The notes under the pieces: model-generated
Told to the model about the DNA's origin: nothing
The model's input: the letters and a program-made list of their open reading frames with translations, nothing else
The model's database searches: none
NCBI GenBank assembly: GCA_040954595.2
Contig: CM082586.2
Location: 991,630 to 1,055,629 of the forward strand
Origin: Balanoglossus misakiensis
Lineage: Eukaryota > Animalia > Hemichordata
Direction: 5' to 3'
Length of the DNA: 64,000 nucleotides
Made by a program: the position numbers and the translations under genes
Shown: positions 1 through 12,816 of the stretch, one piece after another
Numbering within the stretch: the stretch's first letter is position 1
Layout: each line of letters begins with the position of its first letter

Positions 1-1684
1 ATCAGTTTTCCCTTGAAACACAATAGTATGGACAGTGTTTGCGTACTTGAACGTGCTCATGCACGCATGGCTTGGAAACATAAAACAGCAACTAGTTGAC
101 ATTCATGCATTGTGCTTTTGGCAGCCAAAATATGACAGAAGGCCCGGCGTTAGTATTCCTCAATAGCGGCATTACTATGGCAACTATTGTGTCATTATTA
201 TAAATCGTTTATGGTTGATCGTCATTGGACGAACTAGTCGTGATGACGATTGTGTTTATGTGAGTGGAACGCTTCTAAATAAGTATCACAGGATTTGCTG
301 CCAGATCAAAAGGTAAACCTGCAAACTATAAGAACCTGTGTTTTTGCTGAGAAAGATTTCTTTTCATCCAACTGCATGCAGCGAAAAATTTGAGCGCTTT
401 CATAGGCTCTAAGCATCAAACAGTGCTCCTTAGAAATATGATTTCCTGGGTAACTCACCGTATGGATAATGCTTGGCGTATTTCAATTAATTTTTTGGAC
501 CTTTGTTGTCATCAGAAACCGTGTCGGCACATCAAAGATGTGGCTCCACCAACTTGATTGCTACAAATACATGTCATCCATTGGTCCATTGGAACAAATG
601 TCTTGTGATACTTGTTGGTGCTGTGTCCATAAATATTTGCACTGCTTGTGCTAGATGTATAAACTTAAGCATCACATCATAGACAAAATAATCTTGTATT
701 GAGGAGATGTTTATTCAAAAAAGACTTATCCATCTCTTGAGCACAACACATTTTCTGAACTTTTAGTGAATTACGTTAATTAGAAAAAATATGAAAGTTG
801 GATACTGTGATGCTGTTCACTTGTATCATAGTTACGAGACACCAGGATAATAATTTCTATCAAGCTTTTGATCTGTATATGAAAGATTAATGTTTAATGA
901 AAATGCTATGGTAATTGCACTAAATTTTAATTTCACTAAAAGTCCTTTAGAAATTATGTATAGACCACTGATTGTTTGCAACGGCAGATAAATGCACAGT
1001 GCAGTCATATTTACCTCAGCTGTCTTTAGAAAAGTCCAACTTTGCGCTTTATATTTTTAATGATATTCACTGCTTTGGTTTCAGTTAAACTCTGGTAGCA
1101 ATGAAAGAATACTTGAGTGGGGTCCACATAAAAACTACTCCAACTGGAAAAAGGATCGTGCAATGCAACATCGTCTTAATGCAGAATGCTTTTGAATAAT
1201 TAACAATGGTTAGACTAAAGGGAAAAAGGGAATCAATACATGTTGATTTATTAGCCACAATTGTCGCAATTAATTGACATAAGAAACGTTTTAGACATCT
1301 TTCTCGAGTGCAATTGTGTTTATTCGGTGAATTGGCATGATGTTGTTCACTGGATGAGGCCACTTAAAATACATAGTGATAATTTTGCAAATTGCATAAT
1401 ACAAAGAGTTGGAACATCTTTCTAAGGATACCTTGATTGTAACTGGCTATCATGTGATACGTTCAAGTATGTGGTGTAGCAATGGCCTATAACTGTTCCT
1501 GTGTAAAGAGGGTCTTCTCAGCAAGAAAACCATTTAGTATAGAACGTCCTGAAAGTACTATCTCCACTACATCCCATGTAAAGCTTGAAATAAATATTCG
1601 CTGGAGAGTATGTGGATGTTTTTGTATGACAAACTTTATTCAAAAACTTTATTTTTGCAAAATCAAGATTGAATTAAAAAGCAA

Positions 1685-4600
1685 TCATTGTTTTGAACTA
1701 GTGCCATGACGACCTCTCCAGTTTTTGACAAGTCTTTTAATTGGATCAACGACACTGTCCGGATTTCTGTATAACATGTGGCGATCAGCTCCGTTGACCA
1801 AGATGTGTTTGCATCCAGGGTGAACAGCAGAGACAAGATACTGGATAGATTTTGCCCAGGCCTAGAATGTATAAAACATCAATTTGAATAGATAAATACG
1901 TACACACACACATCAGTAACTCTTAACAGGACATTGTAGATACACTCTACGGTAAATTCAAGAAATAACTGACCGTCTAAATCAGAACTGAATATTGTAT
2001 TCTGTTCTCACTGAAGCCATGAATTGATAATGATTTTAATTTGTCTACACACATTCCCATAACTACAAGCAATTTATCAAGATACAGATGCAAACTATTG
2101 TTGCCAAGTTCAATCAGATGTTGCAGAACTGTTTGTGTAAAATGCATTAGGAGAATTTATTCCACTTCAAATATAAAAAAGAAAAATGTTTTGTGAATAT
2201 GAAAAACCGTGAAATAAAGCAACAGGCTCAATTATTGAAACTGCATTAATGGATGTTTGATACTCAGACATTTCAATAGACGCTTTATAGTTCTAACGCT
2301 TAGCAATAACTCTTTCATGCATCTCATCTACTCTATCACTGAGCTCGCTAATGCCCAGTGTGAGTAAAAGAGTAAATGATTATTTGTGTTTGCCAAAGGG
2401 AGCGAAAATGCACAACAGATATCAGGCAAAGATAACAAGCAATTGTATAAATGAGTAATTTTGGGAAAACTCACCGTGTTAAGATTGTTTGGAATTTGTT
2501 CATCGTAGTAGTTACCAGTTATTACTGTGACGGAGATGTTTGGAGGAAAGGGTTTCATATGCCACAGTGTTCTGTTATCAATATAAAAAACAAAAACAAA
2601 TTAGTACATGAAATCTTTACATTAACTATGCACAACTGAGTTTTTGTAACCAGGTCGTGTGCAAACTTTAATAAGACGTAATTATATACCCATTAAGGAA
2701 TGATACACACAAACCCCATTATACATGAAAGTTGATAGCAGCACATAGCATTAAAAGCCAGACACTGTATATAGTGTTTGCAAATCAAACATGTCCCAAT
2801 AATTCAATGTGGTTTACATTACATGGAGCTGGTTAAACGTGAGTAGACTCCAACTGCTTTTGAGCAGAAGACATCAATCATGACTTAATTTTCAGTGGCA
2901 GAAAACATATCATAAGCAATGTGCATAATCGTGCCCTACAGCCCACGTTAATAATATAATCCTGACTAATTAGAGATGAATTCACCAGCCGTCACGATAT
3001 CTTCTTGTGTGCTTAGAGTTTGGAAACAAAATACTCAAATGAAGTGATGGTATTTGGAGTCCTTGGAAATCAACAGATGGCAAATGTTGCATACAACAGA
3101 TTAAGATGATAGTGATTAATTTTCGCTGGGGAGAGTTTAGACTGATAGATCAAACCATCGTATGGTGCCCAGGGTTCATTCTGACATGTTTTGTGAACCC
3201 CAAATGTCTATCTGAAGGCAGGAGTGGAGCTGTAGTTAAAAGGAGTTTTCGAAAAGAGTAAGCTTGTCCTGCTTCACAGATGGGGAAATACTAGTGAGAT
3301 GAAAACTGTAGGAAACATTTGTGTAAATAGCTGATTTCCTCTTGGGGATAGTTGTAGATGTTGTTTTCGTGAGTGACAGAGATAATTTATTACAGATTAC
3401 AAAATTTTTGAATGGAGAGAAATGATCTCTAGCCCTGATGCTTCCCAATTGAAAAGAATCATCACCAAGTTTTAATTGAATTCCCAAAGATCCCAGTTGC
3501 ACAATTACTAACAACTGCATTCAGCATATGTTCCATCTACAGTGCGCTTATGCTTTGCCGTCTGTTCCTTTTACATTACATTTTGTGTGTTATTAAAATT
3601 GTATAATTATATATTGGAATAATCACCATTATAACATACATGCCTGAATGATATATTATTAAATTATACCAGTCTCAGACTCGCAATCATCGAACACCAT
3701 CTCAAATGATAACTGAGAGAAGCAACACGCTTGTGAGAAGAAAATTTGCTTTCAAAAGAAATCAATATTGCACATATGTATAGTCAGGATGACCTGTTGC
3801 GCTAAACAAACAGGGACGACTTTGAGTGTTTTATATCAAGTTGGAGTGTGTCTGATTAGTTGGTCTTCATCTGCATATTTACAGAGTTTTCAGCAAGCAG
3901 AGTTCAAGGTGACACTTAATTAAAGTATACATCTAGTTCATATTACCTAGTTTATTAAAAAACATCTAATTTCACTCTCCTTGCCAAATAACTCAATATA
4001 AACATTGAACGTCAGACCCTAACTACTACTCTGGAAAGTATATTTGGTCAATACAGTATTGTGTATTCAGGTACAGGGAGTCGAGTATTGATCCACTTAC
4101 TTGATCTGTGAAATACTGTCATTGATGAAGTAATGTTCGTCCACCACAGTGCTGAGGTGAGCTCCACTGCATAACAGGTACTTCTGCCTGGTGATGACAT
4201 CTTCTGGGATATCCTTGGCCGTAATTGGCTGGTGCATCATCTTCAGTAACAATGCAATTCTGGAGAGTCCGACAATGGAGGACAAGTGGAGAGCCTCAAG
4301 TGATGGAACTAAGTGTCCGAACCTGGAATTGAAATACATGAATTAATATGGAAGACCAAAAACTAATGAGACACACAGACATACATGTGAAATCACTAAT
4401 TTTGGATTTGATGTTTTAAGCAATGTGTAATCCCAGAGACTGCACTCTCTCTCGCATGCTTGGATGATGCTCTTTCTCTGTTCTTACTACACCAATCTTG
4501 GATATGCCTTTTTTATTATAACGATAAATTACCTATTCACAGATGAGCTGATGTCTGCACTTAGTCTGACTCATCCAATAATTTTATTCATCAATTTCTG

Positions 4601-7600
4601 AATCAACTATAACTTTCTATCCATTCCAACAAATCAGGTCATTGCTTGGAGGAAATCCTAATGCTGCCAATATACACTGTGTGCATCAGGTTTCATTAAT
4701 CTGCTTTCAGCTGACATCAGCCAAGCGCAAAAAAGAACTGTCTTCAACATCCACACTGAAATGACATTCATGTGAAAGGCATGCTCCCCATTTCCAATTC
4801 ATAACTGCATCACATCCAAGCCACCAAGACATGAATTATTATCAAGCTGTATGATGTAATGAAGACGATCCATCAAACACAATCAATGGTAAATAATTAA
4901 TATTTTAGCCCCTAAATGTAAAATATACATCATAAATCATCCCACACATGTCAAAATTAATTATTGGGATAAAACATAAAAATTACAGGTATACGACAAA
5001 CATGTCTCTGAAAATATCTTACAGAATTCACATTATAGATAAATGTCAACACTCATGTTTTCATTGAGCTTAATTCACAACATAAGCTTTTGGTTAAATT
5101 AAAGCATGGGCAGGTTTTCTGGTTTGTACACACCAATATTGGCTCCAAACGCTGTCATCCACTTCAAACAATCCTTCTGTAATTGGGTCAATTAAAACCA
5201 CATCTGAAACATCACTGGAAAAGACAAAGAGAAGTTATAATTCTGGCAAACTGAAAATCTACTTCAGAAATACAATTACACTAACATTTCTGGCTTCTAT
5301 AATGTGCTTGCATTCTTTATGATGTGGATGATTTTGATGGCAACTTTTCTCTACGTCACACTGCAAATACAAATGACTAATATTAAAAATTCATCTCAGA
5401 ATCAAGAATGCATGAAACGTCAACTTACAGAACTGTCCATCTGATTTGTGTGTGTTTCTTAGTTAAGGATTATCCGTTGAAGTTAATGAAATACAAAGGT
5501 CAATCATTCCATTTCAAATATCATTAGATTTACGCAGAAAATGTACGTCATCACGTCAAAAATTTAATCTGATTTCACAGGATTAGGCAACACTTTTTAT
5601 TGAAACAGAATGCACAGTATTTGAGGGTTAAAGTAATTTGTTACGCACTAGAATGGATGTTTAAAATTGCTCACCCTTCAAAGAGCTGTGTATAGAATCT
5701 CATGTTTAGTGCTCCCAGCTCAGAACCAACAAGGATGTATGGTGGTTTTAGATGAGCTTCGCCATGTGACAAGAGTCTCCGTAAGTCATCAACCATTCTG
5801 AAATAAAAAGACGGATATCCCAACTGATGACTGACTTGTGTTGAAGTTGAGAAATGATGAAGAAGACTGCAATCAAACTAACAAAACTTTTAATGTCAAA
5901 AAACAAAAGGAGCCCCACGAGTGGGAGTGCTCTTCAAATAACACTTTCATAGCTGTTGAAACGTTGGAAAATTTTCATATGCCCATTCAGGGGTTTCTTT
6001 TACTCATGTCAAAGTGTATTAGATGTAAAATAGGTCTTAATGCATCATCGCAAGCTGTTGTAACATATATGCAGGATAATTTTGTGATAATTGTAATGTC
6101 AGCCATATGACACACACAGGCTTAGATTAAGATGATGGAAAATTACATGTCAGATTAACTATAATACATGCAATTTATATAGCATGGATGAACACACACA
6201 AGCTGTGCATTATTGTGAATAGAATCCATCTCTATATGCACTTGATGGCTTGCATCACTTTGGCATCCTTGAAGCCCTGTAAAAGCACATCATAATTCTT
6301 TGTAAAGGAAAACTTGCATCAACACATTAGGTAAATGGCCTAAATACACTTGACGTAAACACAAGGTGGCATCTGTTTACATCAATACAGCATACAGTCT
6401 CTCACAATGATGTATTTCCCCATTAGATTCTCTTACCACACAATGACGTGTATGACAATTGACAGGTTATATGCGCATGTACGCAAATATCTGATTTACT
6501 GGTAGACTATGATGGATCCACTACAAGTGGCCTGATTTGATCACCATGAAAGCAACATCAGTGGTTTCAAATGCAAATATATGTATCTTACATGGGTGTG
6601 GAATCAGAAACTCCGAGAGAGAATGCCCATATATATAATTTATATAATCTTATGCAGACGTTATAAGTATATGTATATCCATTTTGAAAGTATTTACCTT
6701 TCTGATGTAAAGGCCTGCCATCTATTTTGCATATAGGCAATTTCTTTTTCTTCTGAACTTCCATCTCCAGAATACTCGGATGTGTTTAGATACTAGAGAT
6801 ATAAAGAGAGAGTCGATGACATTGCACTCCCAAGTGTGACTTTGCTACATATGAAGCAATTAATATGCACAAGTATCCTTGGGTTAAAATCACCAAATAA
6901 TTTGCAATGGATGTATACAATTGTTGGAGACAACTAAAGCTCTGGTTTCTCCAAAAACAAAATTACACACATGAATGTGGAATTAATTTACATAGGTACA
7001 TTAAATTGTTGTTTTCTTTATGGGCATTTGCTTTGCTAATCACAGACGCCACTACTTATATCATGAACCTACCTTAGAGGGCGCATCACTGAATCCGAGC
7101 CCTGCTCGATCATAGACACAAACCTACAGAATTTAGAGTGAAAAAGATATCAGTTCATGTTCTCCTAAATTCCATCAATTACTTTTCTTCTGTACATTAA
7201 TCCCTCACCTCCATTTTGAATTATTATGCTCCAGTATAAAAGCTAATGTCAAAAATCTAATATGATAGAATCATTGTTGCAAAATGTAGTGATCCATTAA
7301 TAATTCACTGTTTAATCAGCCAGTCCTATCTGCTTCTTAGTTTGAGCACCTTAATTTCCTAGCAGTCTTAGAACAATTGAAGTGTGTAATAAAAATAAGA
7401 GAGAATATATTTATGATTGACAACTACGGTAACAGCTTCAGGGATGAGATGTACCTTGTGAAACAACCAATAGTCAGGTATTAGGCAAACCAAAAATATA
7501 ATTAAGTGTGCTTAAATTCCGGCTGTTATGTCATATGATTTCTTACTTTTGTCAGCTTTGCCAGCTGTGCTTGTACTAGGATCCAAACATCAGACGTCAT

Positions 7601-8898
7601 ACCAGTTGGGGCGTCCATAATAACTGTGGATGTTACACAAGACAAGTTTTTATTTATCAAAAGTCAAAATGTATATCAGGTTAAATTAATCAATCTAACT
7701 AACAGTTTAAAATTGCAGTATTTACCTGTTGGGGCTCCCTTTCCTGCACAGTGCATGTAAAGTTTCTGTCCACCAATGTCATACAAGTTTCCTGAAAACA
7801 AGGAAGAACAATTTATCCATTATTAAAATGATATGTCAATAACATCCACTGTAAATTAATTAATTAATTAGTCATTGTCTGCTGAATTTTGAATGTGACA
7901 TACCTGGTGGCTTCAGTACTTCTGCTTCTTTGTATAATGATGCATGGTTCAGAAAGGCTGGCAGAAGCAGTAACAACACTATGTATTTACCGATGCCAAA
8001 ACACTTCGAACAGAAGCCTGGTCTCTTTGCCTGTTGAAAGGAAAAGATGGGATTTGAGTGTGTCTGATCATGGTCATCCCTTCCCATATGTCTATTCTTT
8101 GAATAATACAGAATTAGTGCAGAAATGTGCGCTTATTTTTACTTGCAGTCTTAACTTCTTTTGAGTAAGCATTAATATTTGGGAACAGAAATAGGCCTCA
8201 ATCAACAGGTGTGATTGTAGATTTCATATAGTAATCACCTCCAATTTAGATGTGTCCATATATGGTTAAAAGGGGGCGTGTCTTGTCATAGAGCAATCAC
8301 CTCCAAAAAGTTGAATGTGCCCATATGTGGTTAAAAGGGGGCGTGTCTTGTCATAGAGCAATCACCTCCAAAAAGTTGAATGTGCCCATATGTGGTTAAA
8401 AGGGGGCGTGTCTTGTCATAGAGCAATCACCTCCAAAAAGTTGAATGTGCCCATATGTGGTTAAAAGGGGCGTGTCTAAGTCTTCTAATGACAATGTCAC
8501 GCCCATTTTTTTGCGTGGGCACCCAGGATAGAATATCTGCTGGAAATCTCTGATTGGCTAGATTTCACTCTCCATATTGAGCCGATAACCGACCACAAAT
8601 GTATCACAAAAATAAACTGAACCGGAAACCAGTATGGAGACATATGGGAAACAGGCCTCGATCATTTGTACCACTTTGTCAGTGGAGTAAGCAAAAAAAA
8701 AATTCATAAAAACAACAAGATTTGTACCTCTGCTTTCGTTGACGATGAAGATCTTGAAGCGTTACCACCACGATCATTTCCAGTCGTTCTGGTTACAACC
8801 TGAGCGACGGGTTCTCTCGAGTCCGAGTCGTTCCTCGATCTTTGCTCTTGCGTGCTTTTCGGATCGCTTCTGTCTTGTTGGCGCTTGTGTCGTTTCAT
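1685..8898 (-). CDS. Membrane-anchored alpha/beta-hydrolase-fold protein (~428 aa, 11 coding exons), catalytic residues apparently substituted
   Basis: Exons (minus): 8728-8898, 7904-8030, 7726-7791, 7547-7623, 7073-7123, 6698-6792, 5675-5797, 5134-5214, 4101-4322, 2475-2571, 1685-1861. All introns are GT-AG with matching phases; total 1287 nt ending in TGA. The translation has a charged N-terminus, a hydrophobic anchor (KYIVLLLLLPAFL), then LYDIGGQKLYMHCAGKGAPTVIMDAPTG..W..VQAQLAKLTKVCVYDRAGLGFSD, MVDDLRRLL..PPYILVGSELG and DVVLIDP, all typical Abhydrolase_1/6 motifs. Confidence 0.88.
8233..8480. repeat. Minisatellite, ~65-bp unit, ~3.8 copies, in intron 1 of the hydrolase gene
   Basis: Unit aatcacctccaaaaagttgaatgtgcccatatgtggttaaaagggggcgtgtcttgtcatagagc starts at 8295, 8360 and 8425 (last copy truncated); a diverged first copy starts at 8233. 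Confidence 0.95.
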
Positions 8899-9224
8899 GG
8901 TGTGTCTGTTGTATCTTTGGATGTGGCTTTATCGTAAAACGATAATTAGGGGCTTGGATCACCTTCGGAGCAACAGATTATCGACAAATCTGGCACAGGG
9001 AATTCCACGATCGGTGTAAACGTGGCGATCAGCTGCAGGAAGGCGAGGAATCCCCCTTGGTCGTGCGCATGCCCGAGCCTCGCTCTGACGTAGCTGAGGG
9101 CTTCCCCCGAAATTAACATAACTGTGTGTCAGCCACGTTGTTTTTAGTTAGGTCAACAGCTGCCGAGCGAACACGCCTGAACTTGGGCGAATTTAACGAA
9201 ACTGGGAGAAAACTTAACGATGCA
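8899..9224. promoter_or_regulatory. Bidirectional promoter between hydrolase-like gene and TDP2
   Basis: Only 326 bp separate the divergent ATGs. The region is GC/CpG-rich, with an NRF1-like TGCGCATGC at 9064-9072 and a nearby CRE half-site TGACGT (~9086). Confidence 0.7.
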
Positions 9225-11881
9225 ATGGCTACAGCGGCAGTCAGCGAATGCATCAACCCCAAACAAAGAAGCTTGTGCGAGGAATTTGCCGCAGTAACCG
9301 GTACAGACACAAGTCTCGCTGAATACTATCTCCGCGAAAAGGCCTGGCAGCTCGAGGCAAGTGCACGTATATTCCGTGAATGGATGACACCGATCGTCTT
9401 TTTCTATCACGTTTCAGATACTTCAAAAACCACTGCCTTTATGTTTTATGGGAGTGCATTTAACTGTGCGGGTATCGCGCGGTTCAAGACCTTGATCGAG
9501 CGCTTGTTTACGACTGAATGATAAAAGGGGGAGGGGCAGCTACAGAAGATCCGTTGATAATTTTGCTGACTCATCCATGTATTCAAAGTGAATGGTTTGT
9601 GAAAAAATGTGTCATGTCGATACCATGGTTTGTAATGGATAATGATGGTTACATTTTTGTGCATATAGCGTTAAATTAAGAGCTAAAATTAATTTCATAT
9701 TTCGATCTCTCAAGGCTGCAATTAACTCCTACTTCGATGGAAGTGACCCATCAGAGGGTGGTAACCATGGAAACACTGGTGATGATGATGATTTGGACCG
9801 GGCTTCAATGTCACCTTCAGGGTCAGGTTCATCAAGGAGTAGCTCACCAGACATGGTTGTCACTTATGAGTAAGTAAAAGAAAACATGTCAGTCTGGGTA
9901 CCTATGTCAACAAACATATCAGCACAAACAAGAATAGTTCACCTTATTTGGGGAAATGGGTCATGACATCAGTAAGTTGTGCAGTAAGGGCCATTGTGGC
10001 TTTATACAGCCACATTGTTTTCTCATCAATCATATCTAAGACAGGTGAAATGTTATAAAAAAGAATCCAGACAACTTCAAATGCATGTTATCTGTTGTCA
10101 CCCATGGCTGCACATACGACAGTGATGCATGTCCGACTGGACAAGTGTCAAAAAGTGTCAATTAGAGACTTGATTGATACAGTCCATATGTTGCCTTGGA
10201 GTCTGGGTAGCGATCACAGAGGGACTTCCAGTTTTCATCTGTCAGGGAAAATAATGTGGGAATATGTTCTCTGCACACACCCACGAGTTGATCAAAGTGT
10301 CAGGTGTATAATAAGTTGCCTTCAGACGTTGTATTGTTACACTGGGATTGACAAGTACATGTACTTGTACGTGTTCATTTCCCCAAAACAGGTCAGGTGT
10401 AGCAGTGGAATGTGTATTGGTGGGGAACGCGTGTCCCAGCACAGAAGTTGAAACACCAGAGATGGATCCCACTGTGCTGAAGTTGATGACATGGAATATT
10501 GATGGTTTGGATGAGAAGAATATCACAGAGAGAACAAAAGCTGTGTGTTCTACAATCAAAAGGTAGTTTTGAAGTTTGTCATTTTTAGCATGAGCTTTTG
10601 GAAAGCTAGGGACTGATTATGTCTGACTGGTGTTTGGATACATACACTTGGGGTGTCATAGTGCCAAGATGGCCAACTGAGAACCAGTATGTCTGTCAGT
10701 TGGGTGTGATGTTTGTATTTCTTCATGTCCAGAGGTACAATCATCGCCCTTTAATATGGACAGTTTAACATCATTTTGATTTATGACCACATTCACCGAT
10801 GTACACAAAATTTGCATTAACAACCACTTGACCTTTTGTATTCCCCAGTCATTTGCCAGACATCATCTATCTTCAAGAAGTTATACCCGAGACCTTTGCC
10901 TACATTGAAACCATGTGCTCACCGACTTACATTGCCATTCCTGGAAATACACTGGGGTATTTTACTTCCGTCTTGCTCAAGAAAAGTAGAGTTACATTGT
11001 TAGACCATATTATTCAGACATTTCCTTCGACTCAGATGATGAGAAATCTGTTGATAGTTAAGGTAAGAAAATAGTAGTTGCAGGGACAAAGTCTCTCATT
11101 TTTGACATTATTATGCAGTGTTTTAGTTGTTTTTTTCGATAACTTAATTATGTTCAGCTGATTGAAGCACAGTTGCTATCATTAACCCTAGGTCATCGAT
11201 GTACTGCTGATACACCAACTTTCACTTGAGTTACAGGCTAGGTTTTCAAACGTCAATTTGACTCTTATGACATCCCACCTCGAGAGTACTAAAGAATACG
11301 CTACGGAGAGGAAAAGACAGTTGAGTAAAGTTCTCAAAGAAATGTCCGAGGCTAATCCAAGGAGCATGGTGATCTTTGGTGGTGACATGAATATCAGAGA
11401 CAAAGAGGTAGGTCAGATGTTGACCATTTGACCACTCAATGTTTTGTCTTGTTCGATTCCATTCCACTACTAGGAACAGCAAACAGTAGAATTAAAGGGG
11501 CAAATACACTGACCATGGCATCTTTCAGGGGTCAAACAAAAGATCAGGTACACTGTGCATCTCTTGCTTTTAATTTTTGTCCCTCCATTATAGATTACAG
11601 ATGTGGGTGGTCTGCCAGAGGGCATCAATGATGTGTGGCAGATGTGCGGAAGTCCACCAGATGCTAGGTTCACCTGGGACATCTCGACCAATGATAATTT
11701 AGACTGGAGGTTCAAGAACAAGCCCAAGTGTCGATTTGACAGGCTCCTACTTCGCCAAGGCTGCGAACCACCAAACCTCACACCTCATACTTTCAAGTTC
11801 ATTGGCACAGAGAGACTGGCTACATGCCAACGTTTTCCAAGCGACCACTGGGGGATCTTGTGCGAGTTCAAAGTGCAATAG
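9225..11881 (+). CDS. TDP2: Tyrosyl-DNA phosphodiesterase 2 (UBA-like N-terminus + EEP catalytic domain), ~376 aa, 6 exons
   Basis: Exons 9225-9356, 9715-9869, 10392-10562, 10849-11062, 11237-11407, 11594-11881 (1131 nt). Motifs: CEEFAAVTGTD..A..YL....WQLEAAINSYF (UBA-like), LMTWNIDGLD, PDIIYLQEV, MMRNLL, TSHLES, IFGGDMNIRD, FTWD...NDN, CRFDRLL, RFPSDHWG. Confidence 0.96.
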
Positions 11882-12136
11882 AGGACACTTCAGCCATGAG
11901 AAAAACTTTATTTTAGAACTTTGACAATTTTGAGTATCACCTCATTAAATGTCTGAAAGTATTTTGAACTTGTATTCTTTTATGTGAAAATTGCATGATG
12001 TATATTTTCGCAAGGTGCCATTGTGTTATAGTTCACCTTTTCTCTTATCTGACCAGTGAATATGTCCAGTGTATTACATGTTCACAGAATGTATGTTTTG
12101 ATAGATAGAACATGAGCAACATCTTTTTTGGTGACT

Positions 12137-12229
12137 TTAACCCTTCCACCACCATGGTTCAGTCCAAACCCATTGTATTCTGTTGTAAGGTTGGACCTCT
12201 TAAGAGGGAACTAGGGGTGAGAGGGTTAA
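12137..12229. mobile_element. Small piggyBac-like MITE in the TDP2 3' UTR region
   Basis: TTAA|CCCTTCCACC ... GGTGAGAGGG|TTAA: TTAA on both sides and imperfect CCCT-initiated terminal inverted repeats around an 85-bp body. Confidence 0.55.
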
Positions 12230-12810
12230 TGGGATGCACTTAGTGTGCCTGTTTATTTCTATACTTAACCCAACAATACATACTTTGAACTCATTTTCCT
12301 TTTCTTCACCGCAAAAGTTTTGCAGAAGTTATTTACATGCTCATTTAGACAGATGCATTGCTCAGCCTGCTGTGTCTTAAGTTTACTGCCAATTTGATAA
12401 TGCACATCTTGAATATGATTGTCGAATCATGATCCTTCATCCCTCTTTGGGTCTCTTTGATTTCCCAGTGTAAGATTTACTCATAGTTAAAAAGCCGCTT
12501 GCAACTCAATCTGTTGTTTTGATTAACAATTTCCAAAATCTTAGTTTATGACTTTGATATGATAATCATTGAGAATTTATCACTGTGATTTCTTTGATTC
12601 TCCTTAGCATCCTATGGCGTACTGTTTTTGTTGTTGATATTTACAGAATCATTGTGTAAATGTCGATAAATGCATTGTTTGTTTTCTGAGGACAAAAACA
12701 TATCAAAGTTTAAGAATTTTCAGTGTTCTTTTGTGTATCTTATCAAGAACTTTAAATCTCAATGACAAATATTCTTGTTTTCTTTTTCTGTAAGTGCATT
12801 TTTTTATTGA

Positions 12811-12816
12811 AATAAA
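12811..12816 (+). terminator. Candidate polyadenylation signal of TDP2
   Basis: AATAAA ~930 nt after the stop codon, followed by GT/T-rich sequence. Confidence 0.4.

Noticed and set aside
459-660. Minus-strand exon-like segment ending in a strong ACG|GTGAGT donor
   Set aside because: All frames contain stops. It might be a non-coding first exon of a gene left of the window, but this cannot be supported here.
8233-8480. Regularly spaced repeats resembling a CRISPR array
   Set aside because: Units are head-to-tail identical with no unique spacers, lie in a eukaryotic intron, and have no cas genes nearby; this is a minisatellite.
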